A DNA stretch of 64,000 nucleotides from a virus (IMGVR_UViG_3300042541_000805:55-64054), one strand, 5' to 3'. Counted from the first letter of the stretch, positions 1 through 8,528 are shown. A program made the numbers and translations. The notes: a model not told the origin generated them from the letters alone.

Positions 1-275
1 TAGTGAAAAAATGTCAAAGGTTATTTTTTAGTAGATTTACCATCTTTACCCTGACGAGCTCTATTTGAACCTTGTGCCTCTTTAACTAGCTTTCCAGATT
101 TAGTGTGGCTCATATCTTTTCCATCACCAACTTTACTTCCAGCTACTTTATTAGCTTTATTCAAACCATCTCGGTATTTAATACGTTCAGGTGTTGCATG
201 GTACTCTTTATTGTACTCATTCTTTTTTTTACGTGCTTCAGGATTGTTAGCAAAATACTTTGCTGACTCAGACTT
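1..275 (+). repeat. Terminal direct repeat, copy 1
   Basis: Aligns without gaps to 63726-64000; mismatches at 44,45,78,108,120,141,146,148. Confidence 0.97.
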
Positions 276-311
276 ACCTGTTGATTTACCTGCTAATGTG
301 TTACGTGCCAT
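21..311 (-). CDS. Small basic phage protein with degenerate HNH-like C-terminus
   Basis: 96 aa, K/R-rich, GDGKDMSH...NRAR motif; promoter box at 316-323; 5 of 8 differences between the two copies are synonymous. Confidence 0.7.
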   Translation of the reverse strand: MARNTLAGKSTGKSESAKYFANNPEARKKKNEYNKEYHATPERIKYRDGLNKANKVAGSKVGDGKDMSHTKSGKLVKEAQGSNRARQGKDGKSTKK

Positions 312-315
312 GCGA

Positions 316-323
316 CAAAGATA
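316..323 (-). promoter_or_regulatory. Bacteroidota housekeeping-sigma -7 box (representative of about 20 copies)
   Basis: TAnnTTTG also at 715, 885, 1212, 10381, 29410, 30241, 40271, 49492, 51545, 57701, 63720 (minus) and 1255, 2646, 4170, 15124, 20171, 26214, 28318 (plus), each at the head of a gene or RNA candidate. Confidence 0.85.
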
Positions 324-606
324 AGTAATTTAACTAATACTCCGAAAAAGGTTTGAGGTTTGTGGTAAGTAAAAGATGTTTAACTCCCCTCCCCTCAAAG
401 AAAAGGAATTAAACACTAATACTTACTCTAATACTCGTCAAATAGGAATCGGATATGTAGGCTGTTAAGGGGAAGATGTTTGGCAGCCCTTCTTAACATT
501 TAAAAGTTCGTTATAGATACTGCTATATACAGATGGCGTTAGCCTCACCTTGTACACCCATAGAGTCAATTGGTTTATGCTTAAAGCTAACCTTATTTCT
601 TGGGGC

Positions 607-710
607 AAAAAAAAACCCTAAAGTCGCATCTTTAGGGTCGGGAGTAAATAAATAATAAAATATATTTAAACCGTTCCCGAAGATATATGCGACTATTTTC
701 GGAAATAAGT
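607..710 (-). ncRNA. Candidate small two-hairpin RNA or attenuator ending in an intrinsic terminator
   Basis: -7 box TATATTTG at 715-722; hairpin 674-704; terminator stem 615-623/630-638 plus U tract; loops carry complementary 8-mers. Confidence 0.5.
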
Positions 711-768
711 TCTGCAAATATACAAAATAATATTTTATATATCCAAATTTAATTTATACTACAAATCC

Positions 769-878
769 AAAAACCCCGCTAGGGACTTGCACACACCCGA
801 AGGTGAAGGATTAACAATATTCTTGTGCGAACAAAACTGACCCATTCATCCCTAACGGGGTTCTTGATCTATGTAGCA
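769..878 (-). ncRNA. Candidate structured small RNA (~110 nt)
   Basis: -7 box at 885-892; 14-bp closing stem 772-785/849-862 with one G-U pair on the minus strand; C(UUCG)G hairpin 794-805; U tract. Confidence 0.6.
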
Positions 879-914
879 AAAGTGCAAATATAAAAAAAAT
901 AAATTATTTTATAG

Positions 915-1205
915 TGGATCTGGAGGGATTCGAACCCTCGTGTCGTTACACATCCATATTATAGAGTTTTTACAAGGTTATTGGGGTTGCTTAGAACAAC
1001 CACTCCACCACTTGGTTTAAAGTTCCAAGAAACTTAACATTAGGCTGCTAACTTGTATTCTACAGTATTAGCTTCAACGTGAGCAAGGATATCCTCGATA
1101 CCTACACTCGATAATTCTGGTTTGCCATTTAATTGTTTGCAACAAAAGCCTGTTGCCACTCCTTGTCTATAATACTTACTTGCCCGATCGATTCCAGTCA
1201 GACCC
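915..1205 (-). ncRNA. ssrA: tmRNA (transfer-messenger RNA)
   Basis: Acceptor stem GGGTCTG/CAGATCC with G3-U pair and discriminator A; T arm GAGGG-TTCGAAT-CCCTC; helix 2 TATTATAGA/TCTATAATA and ACAAGG/CCTTGT; internal tag frame ending YKLAA-stop; -7 box at 1212-1219. Confidence 0.95.
1040..1126 (-). other. tmRNA tag reading frame (A)GKPELSSVGIEDILAHVEANTVEYKLAA
   Basis: GGC resume codon after ATTAAAT, open for 28 codons to TAA; C-terminal YxLAA degron-like end. Confidence 0.8.
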
Positions 1206-1265
1206 ATGCAACAAAAATATAAAAAACATTCGAATTAGAAAAAGTTATTTTAAGTAAATTTGGGA

Positions 1266-1691
1266 ATGACAACAATAGTAGCAGAATATAGATATATCCC
1301 TTTTGGAACAAAGGTTAACATTGTGATTACCAATGATATAACAGAGGCTGTTAAACTTTACGATAAGGACTACGATGAAACCTTAGATTATTCTACTTGG
1401 GTTGCATCCTTTATAGAAGGAGAAGGAAGTTGTTGCTATTTAGTATTTAAACCAAATCTTACCATATCTGATATTATACATGAAACCACACATATGGTTC
1501 AGTTTGTAATGAAGTACCATTTCGTGCACCTAGCAGACGATTACGATGAGAATATGGCTTATGGTATCTCTTATTGGTCAGAGCTTGTTATAGCGACTCT
1601 AATAAGGGAAACAGAGCATATATCTCCTTGGATTAGAGAACAGGCTCAAACTCAGCTTTACGATTCAATCGGAAATATGCCCCAACTCTAA
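1266..1691 (+). CDS. Putative zincin-like metallopeptidase (HExxH)
   Basis: IIHETTHM plus downstream E in DENMAY; ATG 3 nt after TAAATTTG box at 1255-1262. Confidence 0.55.
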   Translation: MTTIVAEYRYIPFGTKVNIVITNDITEAVKLYDKDYDETLDYSTWVASFIEGEGSCCYLVFKPNLTISDIIHETTHMVQFVMKYHFVHLADDYDENMAYGISYWSELVIATLIRETEHISPWIREQAQTQLYDSIGNMPQL

Positions 1692-2208
1692 TCTTTTGTT
1701 GGATTACATCATATCCTCCAAAGAACATAGTATTAGAATACTTTGGGATATATAAACCATCTACAGATAGTGAAACTTGTTTGCTATTAAATAGTACTGA
1801 AGAGCCTACTGCAAAGGTTGGTTTTACTTTAGGTGCAATAAATACAGTCTTGGTAATGAATTGATCCATAATATCAATAGAAGCCATTCTAGCAATAATC
1901 ATATTTTGGGTAACTCTTTCTTTTATTGCAACAGTTGCCTTATCAAAACGAATAGTATCTATATACTCTGAAGTAGCATAGAACTCATTAATAACGTGTG
2001 ATGTATCTACATTATTAATAATGGTATCTGTATAATACTTAGTCACCGGGACTAACTTAGTAATATATTTAGTTTGGGTAGGTCTAGCCACATACATTGT
2101 ATCTATTTTAGTTTTAACGACTTCTATAGAAACTTCTTTATTACAGCTTTGTTGTAAAAGAATAAATCCTAATATGGTAGCAACTACCCAACCTAATATA
2201 CTTTTCAT
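1633..2208 (-). CDS. Membrane-anchored protein, possible spanin-like lysis accessory
   Basis: N-terminal hydrophobic segment followed by SC (lipobox-like), beta-rich C-terminus. Confidence 0.4.
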   Translation of the reverse strand: MKSILGWVVATILGFILLQQSCNKEVSIEVVKTKIDTMYVARPTQTKYITKLVPVTKYYTDTIINNVDTSHVINEFYATSEYIDTIRFDKATVAIKERVTQNMIIARMASIDIMDQFITKTVFIAPKVKPTFAVGSSVLFNSKQVSLSVDGLYIPKYSNTMFFGGYDVIQQKIRVGAYFRLNRKAEFEPVL

Positions 2209-2486
2209 TATTTTAAATTCATTAATATGATTGAAAATTGTTCTTGTAGTTTTTTAATCTGCTCTTTAATCTCTACGATATTTTCAGCATCTGTTTTAGT
2301 ATCTTCTTTTGATTTTAATACATAATTAGCAATAGCATCTCCAGTCATATTTGTTGCAGACACAGAAGCGATATTTTCTTCATCCTTTGCAAATACGTGT
2401 GCATACTTTTCTAAACAAGCACCACAAGGTGACTCGCATTCACAATGTTCTAACTTTGCGATTTCTTCAATTTTTAGGTCTTTCAT
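2208..2486 (-). CDS. Hypothetical protein with Cys cluster and C-terminal coiled coil
   Basis: ORF track; HCECESPCGAC. Confidence 0.6.
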   Translation of the reverse strand: MKDLKIEEIAKLEHCECESPCGACLEKYAHVFAKDEENIASVSATNMTGDAIANYVLKSKEDTKTDAENIVEIKEQIKKLQEQFSIILMNLK

Positions 2487-2586
2487 AAACGATTTTTCTA
2501 ATTTTAGCTACAATTAAATTTAATTTATTTTCTAATGCTTTTTTTTCTAACATCAAGGTTTCCAATTCTTTAACCGATTTTCCCAT
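2467..2586 (-). CDS. Small coiled-coil peptide (39 aa), not in ORF track
   Basis: MGKSVKELETLMLEKKALENKLNL...; downstream of a TATATTTG box, overlaps next gene start. Confidence 0.5.
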   Translation of the reverse strand: MGKSVKELETLMLEKKALENKLNLIVAKIRKIVYERPKN

Positions 2587-2659
2587 ATTCTTATCATTAA
2601 GCCCAAATATAGAAATTTTTATTTGATATATATAAAATATTATTTTACCTTTGTTAAAT

Positions 2660-2929
2660 ATGGAACCAAATGTTAGATTATTAGGTGATACTGTTTTAGT
2701 TAAAGCAGATAACTTACCAATTGAAAAAACAGAAGCAGGAATCTATTTACCTGAGAAACTTCGTGATAAGTACATAACAGGAACAATCTTAGCAACTGGC
2801 GATGATGTAAAGCAAGTAGAGCACAACTGCAAGGTGGTGTTTGAAAAATCATTATGCAGAGAAACTGTTATTATGGGCGAACCGCTATTCATTATCAAAG
2901 AAAATCAAATCTTATATAAATTAGTATGA
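2660..2929 (+). CDS. groES: GroES-like co-chaperonin
   Basis: LLGDTVLVK, EKTEAGIYLP mobile loop, GTILATGDDV, IIKENQIL; -7 box 2646-2653. Confidence 0.85.
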   Translation: MEPNVRLLGDTVLVKADNLPIEKTEAGIYLPEKLRDKYITGTILATGDDVKQVEHNCKVVFEKSLCRETVIMGEPLFIIKENQILYKLV

Positions 2930-3060
2930 AACAATTCAAATCACTTAGAAGATCATTAAGAAGAGGTAAGGCTAGACTTATCCCTGATGTATTAGGAATG
3001 CGTATGCATATCCAACGCAGAACAGGTAGAGGTACATGGCAGACCGTATCATCAATGTAA
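2926..3060 (+). CDS. Small Arg-rich peptide (44 aa), not in ORF track
   Basis: ATGA overlap with upstream stop; MKQFKSLRRSLRRGKARL... Confidence 0.55.
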   Translation: MKQFKSLRRSLRRGKARLIPDVLGMRMHIQRRTGRGTWQTVSSM

Positions 3061-3082
3061 ATTTATAAACTAAACATATTAT

Positions 3083-4144
3083 ATGAAAATTCACGTACCC
3101 AGAGTAAGATTATCAGCAAAAGAATATGAACTTTTGCAACAACTGAGAGGGAAAGAAATAGAAAGCGAAGAATCACACGAAGCATTAAAAAATTACTGCG
3201 AAGAGAATCAAATTCCATTTACTAACGTGAACCATTATTGGCACAAGGGTAAAAACTTCTCACTACACGTGAAGAATGATTTACAGCCAACATATATGGA
3301 AATGAGAGATGACATCATCTCAGAAATGAAAGCCTATGCACCAGAATATAAAACGATTTCTAGACAATCTACAAATACAGATTCACACCTTTTTGTTGTG
3401 GATCCTGCGGATATTCATGTAGGCAAACTTTCAAAGTCTTTTGAAGTTGGTGCTGAATACAATGCAGAGATTGCTGTTAATAGAGTAAATGAAGGCGTAG
3501 AAGGGCTTGTGCAGAAATCAGCAGGATTCTCTATTGATAAGATATTATTAATTATTGGTAACGATGTATTGCATACCGATAACCCAAAAAGAACGACTAC
3601 AGCTGGTACATCTCAAGATACCGATGGTATGTGGTATGAAAACTTCATTAAAGCTAAACAAATGTATGTGGATATAATCGAAAGGTTATTATCTATAGCA
3701 GATGTGCATATTGTTTTTAATCCATCAAACCACGATTATATGTCAGGGTTCTTCTTGGCTGATTCAATCTATTCTTGGTTTGCTAAATGTGAAAACGTAA
3801 CGTTTGACGTTAGTATCGTACATCGTAAGTATTATAAGTACCATAACAATCTTATTGGTTCTACGCATGGCGATGGAGCTAAAGAGGCAGATTTGCCATT
3901 ATTGATGGCTCATGAAGCATCAGAGCATTGGGCTAGTTGTAAACACAAGTATATTTATACCCACCACTTGCACCATAATAGGTCTAAGGACTATATGGGT
4001 GTTAATATCCAGATCATGAGAAGCCCTAGTGAAGCAGATGCTTGGCATATGAAAGCAGGCTATGCTCATGCACCTAAAGCAGTTGAGGCATTTTTACATC
4101 ATAAGATACATGGTAGGATTGCATCCTTCTGTCATATCTTCTAG
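3083..4144 (+). CDS. Calcineurin-like metallophosphoesterase
   Basis: DIHVG, GNDVLH, SNHD, HGD, HHLHH motifs in canonical order. Confidence 0.85.
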   Translation: MKIHVPRVRLSAKEYELLQQLRGKEIESEESHEALKNYCEENQIPFTNVNHYWHKGKNFSLHVKNDLQPTYMEMRDDIISEMKAYAPEYKTISRQSTNTDSHLFVVDPADIHVGKLSKSFEVGAEYNAEIAVNRVNEGVEGLVQKSAGFSIDKILLIIGNDVLHTDNPKRTTTAGTSQDTDGMWYENFIKAKQMYVDIIERLLSIADVHIVFNPSNHDYMSGFFLADSIYSWFAKCENVTFDVSIVHRKYYKYHNNLIGSTHGDGAKEADLPLLMAHEASEHWASCKHKYIYTHHLHHNRSKDYMGVNIQIMRSPSEADAWHMKAGYAHAPKAVEAFLHHKIHGRIASFCHIF

Positions 4145-4180
4145 TGGAAAAAGAAATTCGGTTTTTCCGTATCTTTGTAT

Positions 4181-4309
4181 ATGGCAAAAACAAAATCCCC
4201 CTCAAAGTCTGCTAAGGCAGAAAAAGTAAACTTTGGAAAGCGTAAAGGCGGCAAGGCTGCTAAGGCTAAGAATAAACAAGAGAAACCTTATAATCGTCAA
4301 GGAAGATAA
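4181..4309 (+). CDS. Small Lys-rich peptide (42 aa), not in ORF track
   Basis: MAKTKSPSKSAKAEKVNFGKRKGG...; ATG 3 nt after TATCTTTG (4170-4177); TAATG coupling to next gene. Confidence 0.7.
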   Translation: MAKTKSPSKSAKAEKVNFGKRKGGKAAKAKNKQEKPYNRQGR

Positions 4310-4578
4310 TGGCAAAACAAGTTGATAAATCAAAAATGAAGTGTAACTCTCCAAAGAGTACACCATCTCATCCAAAGAAATCTCACATTGTTAAGGCGTG
4401 TGCTAATGGGAAGGAAAAAATTATTAGATTTGGTCAGCAAGGCGTAAGTGGTGCAGGAGCTAATCCTAGCACACCAAAAGAAAAGGCTAGACAGAAATCA
4501 TTCAAGGCTAGACACGCATCAAATATTGCTAAAGGTAATATGTCTGCGGCTTATTGGAGCGATAAAGTGAAATGGTAA
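4309..4578 (+). CDS. Conserved small basic viral protein (DUF5754-like)
   Basis: IIRFGQQG...SFKARH...SAAYWS...W pattern. Confidence 0.65.
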   Translation: MAKQVDKSKMKCNSPKSTPSHPKKSHIVKACANGKEKIIRFGQQGVSGAGANPSTPKEKARQKSFKARHASNIAKGNMSAAYWSDKVKW

Positions 4579-4600
4579 ACAATTTAAAATATATACAACT

Positions 4601-4738
4601 ATGAAAAAAATGGAATCCAAAAAGGAAGAAATGAAAGAAATGAAAATGTCTAAAAAGGCATACATGGCTAAAGAAATGAAAGAAGGTAAAAAGTCTACCT
4701 CAATGACAAAGGCTGGTAAAAAAATGTACAAAAAATAA
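4601..4738 (+). CDS. Small Lys/Met-rich peptide (45 aa), not in ORF track
   Basis: MKKMESKKEEMKEMKMSKK...; A-rich start context. Confidence 0.6.
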   Translation: MKKMESKKEEMKEMKMSKKAYMAKEMKEGKKSTSMTKAGKKMYKK

Positions 4739-4740
4739 TC

Positions 4741-4788
4741 ATGGCAAAAAAAATGACCAAAGGTAAAGGAACCAAGAAAGGTTGCTAA
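4741..4788 (+). CDS. Micropeptide MAKKMTKGKGTKKGC
   Basis: Starts 2 nt after previous stop and ends just before the terminator; same composition as neighbours. Confidence 0.45.
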   Translation: MAKKMTKGKGTKKGC

Positions 4789-4795
4789 CCATAGC

Positions 4796-4825
4796 AAAAA
4801 GCCTCATAGAGATATGGGGCTTTTT
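4796..4825. terminator. Bidirectional intrinsic terminator
   Basis: AAAAAGCCTCATA-gaga-TATGGGGCTTTTT between convergent genes. Confidence 0.85.
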
Positions 4826-6830
4826 AATTATTAATATCTACCTTATACATCCTAAGCATAGGCTTCTCTACTTTCTCTACTTCCTTCTTTTTAACTACAT
4901 CCTGCCACGCAAGTAATGCATATCCAAATGCCATGAATCCGTCATACGCTGTACGATTGTTTGGATCAAACCTCCTGCATTGGTCAAGTAGCCTTAAACT
5001 ATAGATATGCTCGGTAAACTCATCCATAAACATCTGAGCTATCTCATTCATCCTATTAGCAGCAAACTTATTCTGACCTGATACGCCATACTTATTTTTA
5101 CCTGACTGCGTTACTTTAGTATTCTTAAAATTAGATCTGGGAATAGCAGCATCTGGAGTTTCCTTCAAGTACCCTTCAAATCCCTGCTCTATAAACCAAT
5201 CGACTACTGTAGATGGCGTTGTTTCCGTATTAACCTCACACGAATAAAACACACACGCTTTTAAGTAATCCTCATGTAGCTCATTTACCGTCTTAGGTCT
5301 ATGCAAGTATACCACATCAACTATTGCGGTATTCTCTGGGTCGTTAGGATTATACTTATTAATAATTACAAGTGATCCGTCAGAGGCATCACGCTTATCC
5401 TTAAAGTCTGAAGAAGAAAATGGATCGGCTCCTGCAATATATTCATGTTGCATCATTGGCTTAATCTTACGCATCTCTAATTTCTGTGCATTAGGATTCT
5501 TAGGCATACGAAGGATTTCAAATCTACCATTCTGCACCGGGACTGCTTTCACACTCTTACCATATTCCACCCAAACTAAATCATACATATTCATTAGCGG
5601 TGTAGCCTGCAACTTAATAAAGTTCTCTTGTGCCCTTATTCTTTCCTCATCAAATAGACATACGCCACTCATTGATGATAACGCCTCATCCTCAGTAAAT
5701 GGAAACTGACGGATATGCTCATTGAGTCCTTGAATATCATTATTCTCAATGTATGACCTCCTGATCTCTTCAAGCTCTACCTTAGATTCCTCTACTAAAG
5801 AGAAACCAAACTCATCCATCTTGTATCCATCGTATGCAGGAGAAAAGTATCTGTATACGCCTGAGGCTGTACGACCATTATATAATTTATTAGGATTAGA
5901 TTTCTCCCAAATAATTTTAAATGCATCCCCTGCTTTTTTATTACCTGACGATGTCTTATCATTATCTACCTCTCCGACAGTTGACGTAATATAAGTAATC
6001 CCTACACGCTTACCTAACTTAGTTAAACAAGTCTTTACAACCTCAAAGTATTTTGAGAAGTCTACATCTGCTGACCACTTAGCGGTTTCGTCAATAAACA
6101 AAAAACGCATACGCTGACCATCATAGGAGTTGACTGCTGTATTCTTCCACGACACAATTGTATTCAGCCCTGTCGTAGTTTTTTTAGTAGTAGTACCATC
6201 AGCTTTTTTTGAACGCTTAGGAGGCTCTGCAAAGATTAATTCTCTTACGGGCTTGTCATTACCAGCAACGGTAGGTTTAAGGAAGTCAGGCAGGTTATAA
6301 ACACCATTGACAACCATTTGTGAGAATATCATCCTAGCGTCATCTCCAGTCTTAGAAACAATACCAATTTTTTGGAACTTTTCTGAGATACCAATATAGG
6401 CAGCAATAGATGATGCAACAGAAGATGAACCACGTCTACGGAACTTCATGTACAGCATCCCTAAACATTTATCATCCTTCTCACAGATATCCCAAAAATA
6501 AAATAGTCTTCTATCGGCATCACGAAAGTCAGGGTATGTTCCATCTTCTAGCACCCACCATTGTAAAAAGAAATAGTGTTTCCCGGTTAGGTAGTACGGC
6601 TTACCATTAATCATTAGCCATAAACCATTATCAATCTTATCGAATTCTTTTTCTACGAATAGCTCCTGATCTGATACGGCAAGGTTATCCCAACCATCAG
6701 GTAAGGGTGTACGTTCCCACTTCTGCTGCTTTTTAGATAGCTCATTATTCATAATATCTTTTAGAGCTGGTTGTACAGGCAAAATATATTCAAAGTCCCC
6801 ATATATCTTTTCTCTATTGCGTTTTGCCAT
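4824..6830 (-). CDS. terL: Terminase large subunit
   Basis: 668 aa; KFRRRGSS Walker A variant, FLFIDE Walker B, YITSTV coupling motif, GADP nuclease motif. Confidence 0.9.
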   Translation of the reverse strand: MAKRNREKIYGDFEYILPVQPALKDIMNNELSKKQQKWERTPLPDGWDNLAVSDQELFVEKEFDKIDNGLWLMINGKPYYLTGKHYFFLQWWVLEDGTYPDFRDADRRLFYFWDICEKDDKCLGMLYMKFRRRGSSSVASSIAAYIGISEKFQKIGIVSKTGDDARMIFSQMVVNGVYNLPDFLKPTVAGNDKPVRELIFAEPPKRSKKADGTTTKKTTTGLNTIVSWKNTAVNSYDGQRMRFLFIDETAKWSADVDFSKYFEVVKTCLTKLGKRVGITYITSTVGEVDNDKTSSGNKKAGDAFKIIWEKSNPNKLYNGRTASGVYRYFSPAYDGYKMDEFGFSLVEESKVELEEIRRSYIENNDIQGLNEHIRQFPFTEDEALSSMSGVCLFDEERIRAQENFIKLQATPLMNMYDLVWVEYGKSVKAVPVQNGRFEILRMPKNPNAQKLEMRKIKPMMQHEYIAGADPFSSSDFKDKRDASDGSLVIINKYNPNDPENTAIVDVVYLHRPKTVNELHEDYLKACVFYSCEVNTETTPSTVVDWFIEQGFEGYLKETPDAAIPRSNFKNTKVTQSGKNKYGVSGQNKFAANRMNEIAQMFMDEFTEHIYSLRLLDQCRRFDPNNRTAYDGFMAFGYALLAWQDVVKKKEVEKVEKPMLRMYKVDINN

Positions 6831-7302
6831 TTTTTAATCTATTAATTTTACTATACTTCTTTGCTGTATAAATAGCACCTTCTAGTCGTGTATATAAATT
6901 CTCTCCTTTATCTGTAAGGTAGAAATAAACTCTTTTCCTTTTATAGCTTACCTCTACAGCATCTATGTATCCGTACTCTCTCATTTGTGAAATAACTTCA
7001 TAGAACTTATTCTTTCCTGAGTGAAACCTTGACATAAATTGTGCCGAAGTAAATTTACCTACTTCCTTTGCATAGGTAATAGTAGCTACATGGTATATAT
7101 CTAGTTTACGATTAATTCTTCGTAGCTCGTGTATAGCAGATATGGTTGTTGTTATATCTACAATATTCTTCCCATTGTTTACGCTGTTAAGCTGTTTAAT
7201 CTTAACCTCAGCAACAGCAAGTTTACGTTCTATCGATTTACGTATCTCGTATTCCTTCTTATACTTTTGTTCAAATCGGTTTAACTTTTTTTTAAAGTCC
7301 AT
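6814..7302 (-). CDS. Winged-helix (MarR-like) DNA-binding protein with N-terminal coiled coil
   Basis: ISQMREYGYI...RKRVYFYLTDKG wing signature. Confidence 0.6.
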   Translation of the reverse strand: MDFKKKLNRFEQKYKKEYEIRKSIERKLAVAEVKIKQLNSVNNGKNIVDITTTISAIHELRRINRKLDIYHVATITYAKEVGKFTSAQFMSRFHSGKNKFYEVISQMREYGYIDAVEVSYKRKRVYFYLTDKGENLYTRLEGAIYTAKKYSKINRLKNGKTQ

Positions 7303-7919
7303 TACTTCTTTTTACCTTCTTTTTCTGCATTGCGTTGTGCTCTGCGTTCAGCGAAGTTTATCTTCTCCTCCAAAGGTTTAGATTTCTCCCCTTGTTTAAC
7401 CAGATCCAAAATATCAAACTCCCCAAATTGTTTATCAAATTCTTCACGTATAATTTTTAATTTGTTGTACATTTCAAATGCATTCTCAGCCGCCTTAGCG
7501 ATACCTTCATATGCAACTTTTTCTTGAGCCTCATCTACTTCCATAGGTTTGGTTCTTGCTTTCTCTAACAGGTTACTAAATGCCTCATCAAGTGAAACGT
7601 AAATTTCAATGACAGGGTTATTAGTAACTGTAAAGAACAATGATACAGCCCACCTCAGCTCTTCTAACTGATTACTCTGGATAGCACCTCCGACATCTTT
7701 AATGTCTAAAATTTGTAGTGCTTGTGATTTTCTTTCCTTTAGTAGTATGCTAAAGATTGGGCTGTGAGAATCATACACTAAACAAGCGTATCGAAATAGC
7801 TTATCGGTAAATGGATCCTCAAGATTTTTATATATAGCGAGTTGCGGATATTGCTCTATTAATACACCCTTACATAAAGGGTCGTACCTCATTTTACTTG
7901 TGTCGACTGTCATATACAT
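7302..7919 (-). CDS. Hypothetical helical protein, candidate terminase small subunit
   Basis: Position upstream of terL, size, C-terminal FAERRA; functional call is inference. Confidence 0.4.
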   Translation of the reverse strand: MYMTVDTSKMRYDPLCKGVLIEQYPQLAIYKNLEDPFTDKLFRYACLVYDSHSPIFSILLKERKSQALQILDIKDVGGAIQSNQLEELRWAVSLFFTVTNNPVIEIYVSLDEAFSNLLEKARTKPMEVDEAQEKVAYEGIAKAAENAFEMYNKLKIIREEFDKQFGEFDILDLVKQGEKSKPLEEKINFAERRAQRNAEKEGKKK

Positions 7920-8505
7920 CCTCCTTATTTAAGTAAACGAAATCAATATCAAAGTTACTACCTCTCATTTTGTAATACTTCTTTCCATCAATGTAGATGT
8001 CATAGTCTGAGTTTGGTGAGTAGCGAAACCTATCGCCTACCTTTACCTCTTTTACTTTAGGTGCTACAGCTACAGCATCGGCAATTAATTTAAGTTCATC
8101 AGGATTTGCTTTAAGCATTAGTCCACTTGCAGAAATATAATTAGACTCATGCTCCATTACAGGCTCAGAGATAACATACTCATTAAAGGCATCCATTGAT
8201 CCGTCATCATTCAGACGAAAGAATACCTGTCCTTGATGTATCATGCATAGCTCTTTACCATCAGCGTGTACTCTGTTATTTTTATCAAGCATAAAGTGAT
8301 GGCAATAAACTAAATCACCATCTTTAATGTTATACTCTTCAGCAAATTTTGGGGGGCATGAATAGACTCTACCACGCATCACCATAAGCCTGCGGGTATT
8401 ATCTCGATTGGTTTCAATATAGATATCTATATCACCTAGTTTTCTTTTTGAATTTTCATCAAAATCTACATCTATAAAAAGATGCTCATTCTTAGCCTTT
8501 AACAT
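7894..8505 (-). CDS. Tandem (two-domain) GroES-like protein
   Basis: Two GroES-like halves: GRVYSCP...IKDGDLVY and YVISEPV...SGLML...VKVGDRF. Confidence 0.7.
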   Translation of the reverse strand: MLKAKNEHLFIDVDFDENSKRKLGDIDIYIETNRDNTRRLMVMRGRVYSCPPKFAEEYNIKDGDLVYCHHFMLDKNNRVHADGKELCMIHQGQVFFRLNDDGSMDAFNEYVISEPVMEHESNYISASGLMLKANPDELKLIADAVAVAPKVKEVKVGDRFRYSPNSDYDIYIDGKKYYKMRGSNFDIDFVYLNKEDVYDSRHK

Positions 8506-8528
8506 ATATTTATAATTTACTTGTACTC

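Noticed and set aside
523-717. 64-aa minus-strand ORF
   Set aside because: Starts inside the promoter box and crosses an intrinsic terminator.
769-878. Pistol or hammerhead ribozyme
   Set aside because: Only superficial word matches (TTAGGG, TTCG, GTGCAA); required stems and catalytic core are absent.
912-945. Stand-alone tRNA suggested by GGTTCGAATCC
   Set aside because: Its acceptor partner lies 290 nt away with a tag frame between, so it is the 3' end of the tmRNA.
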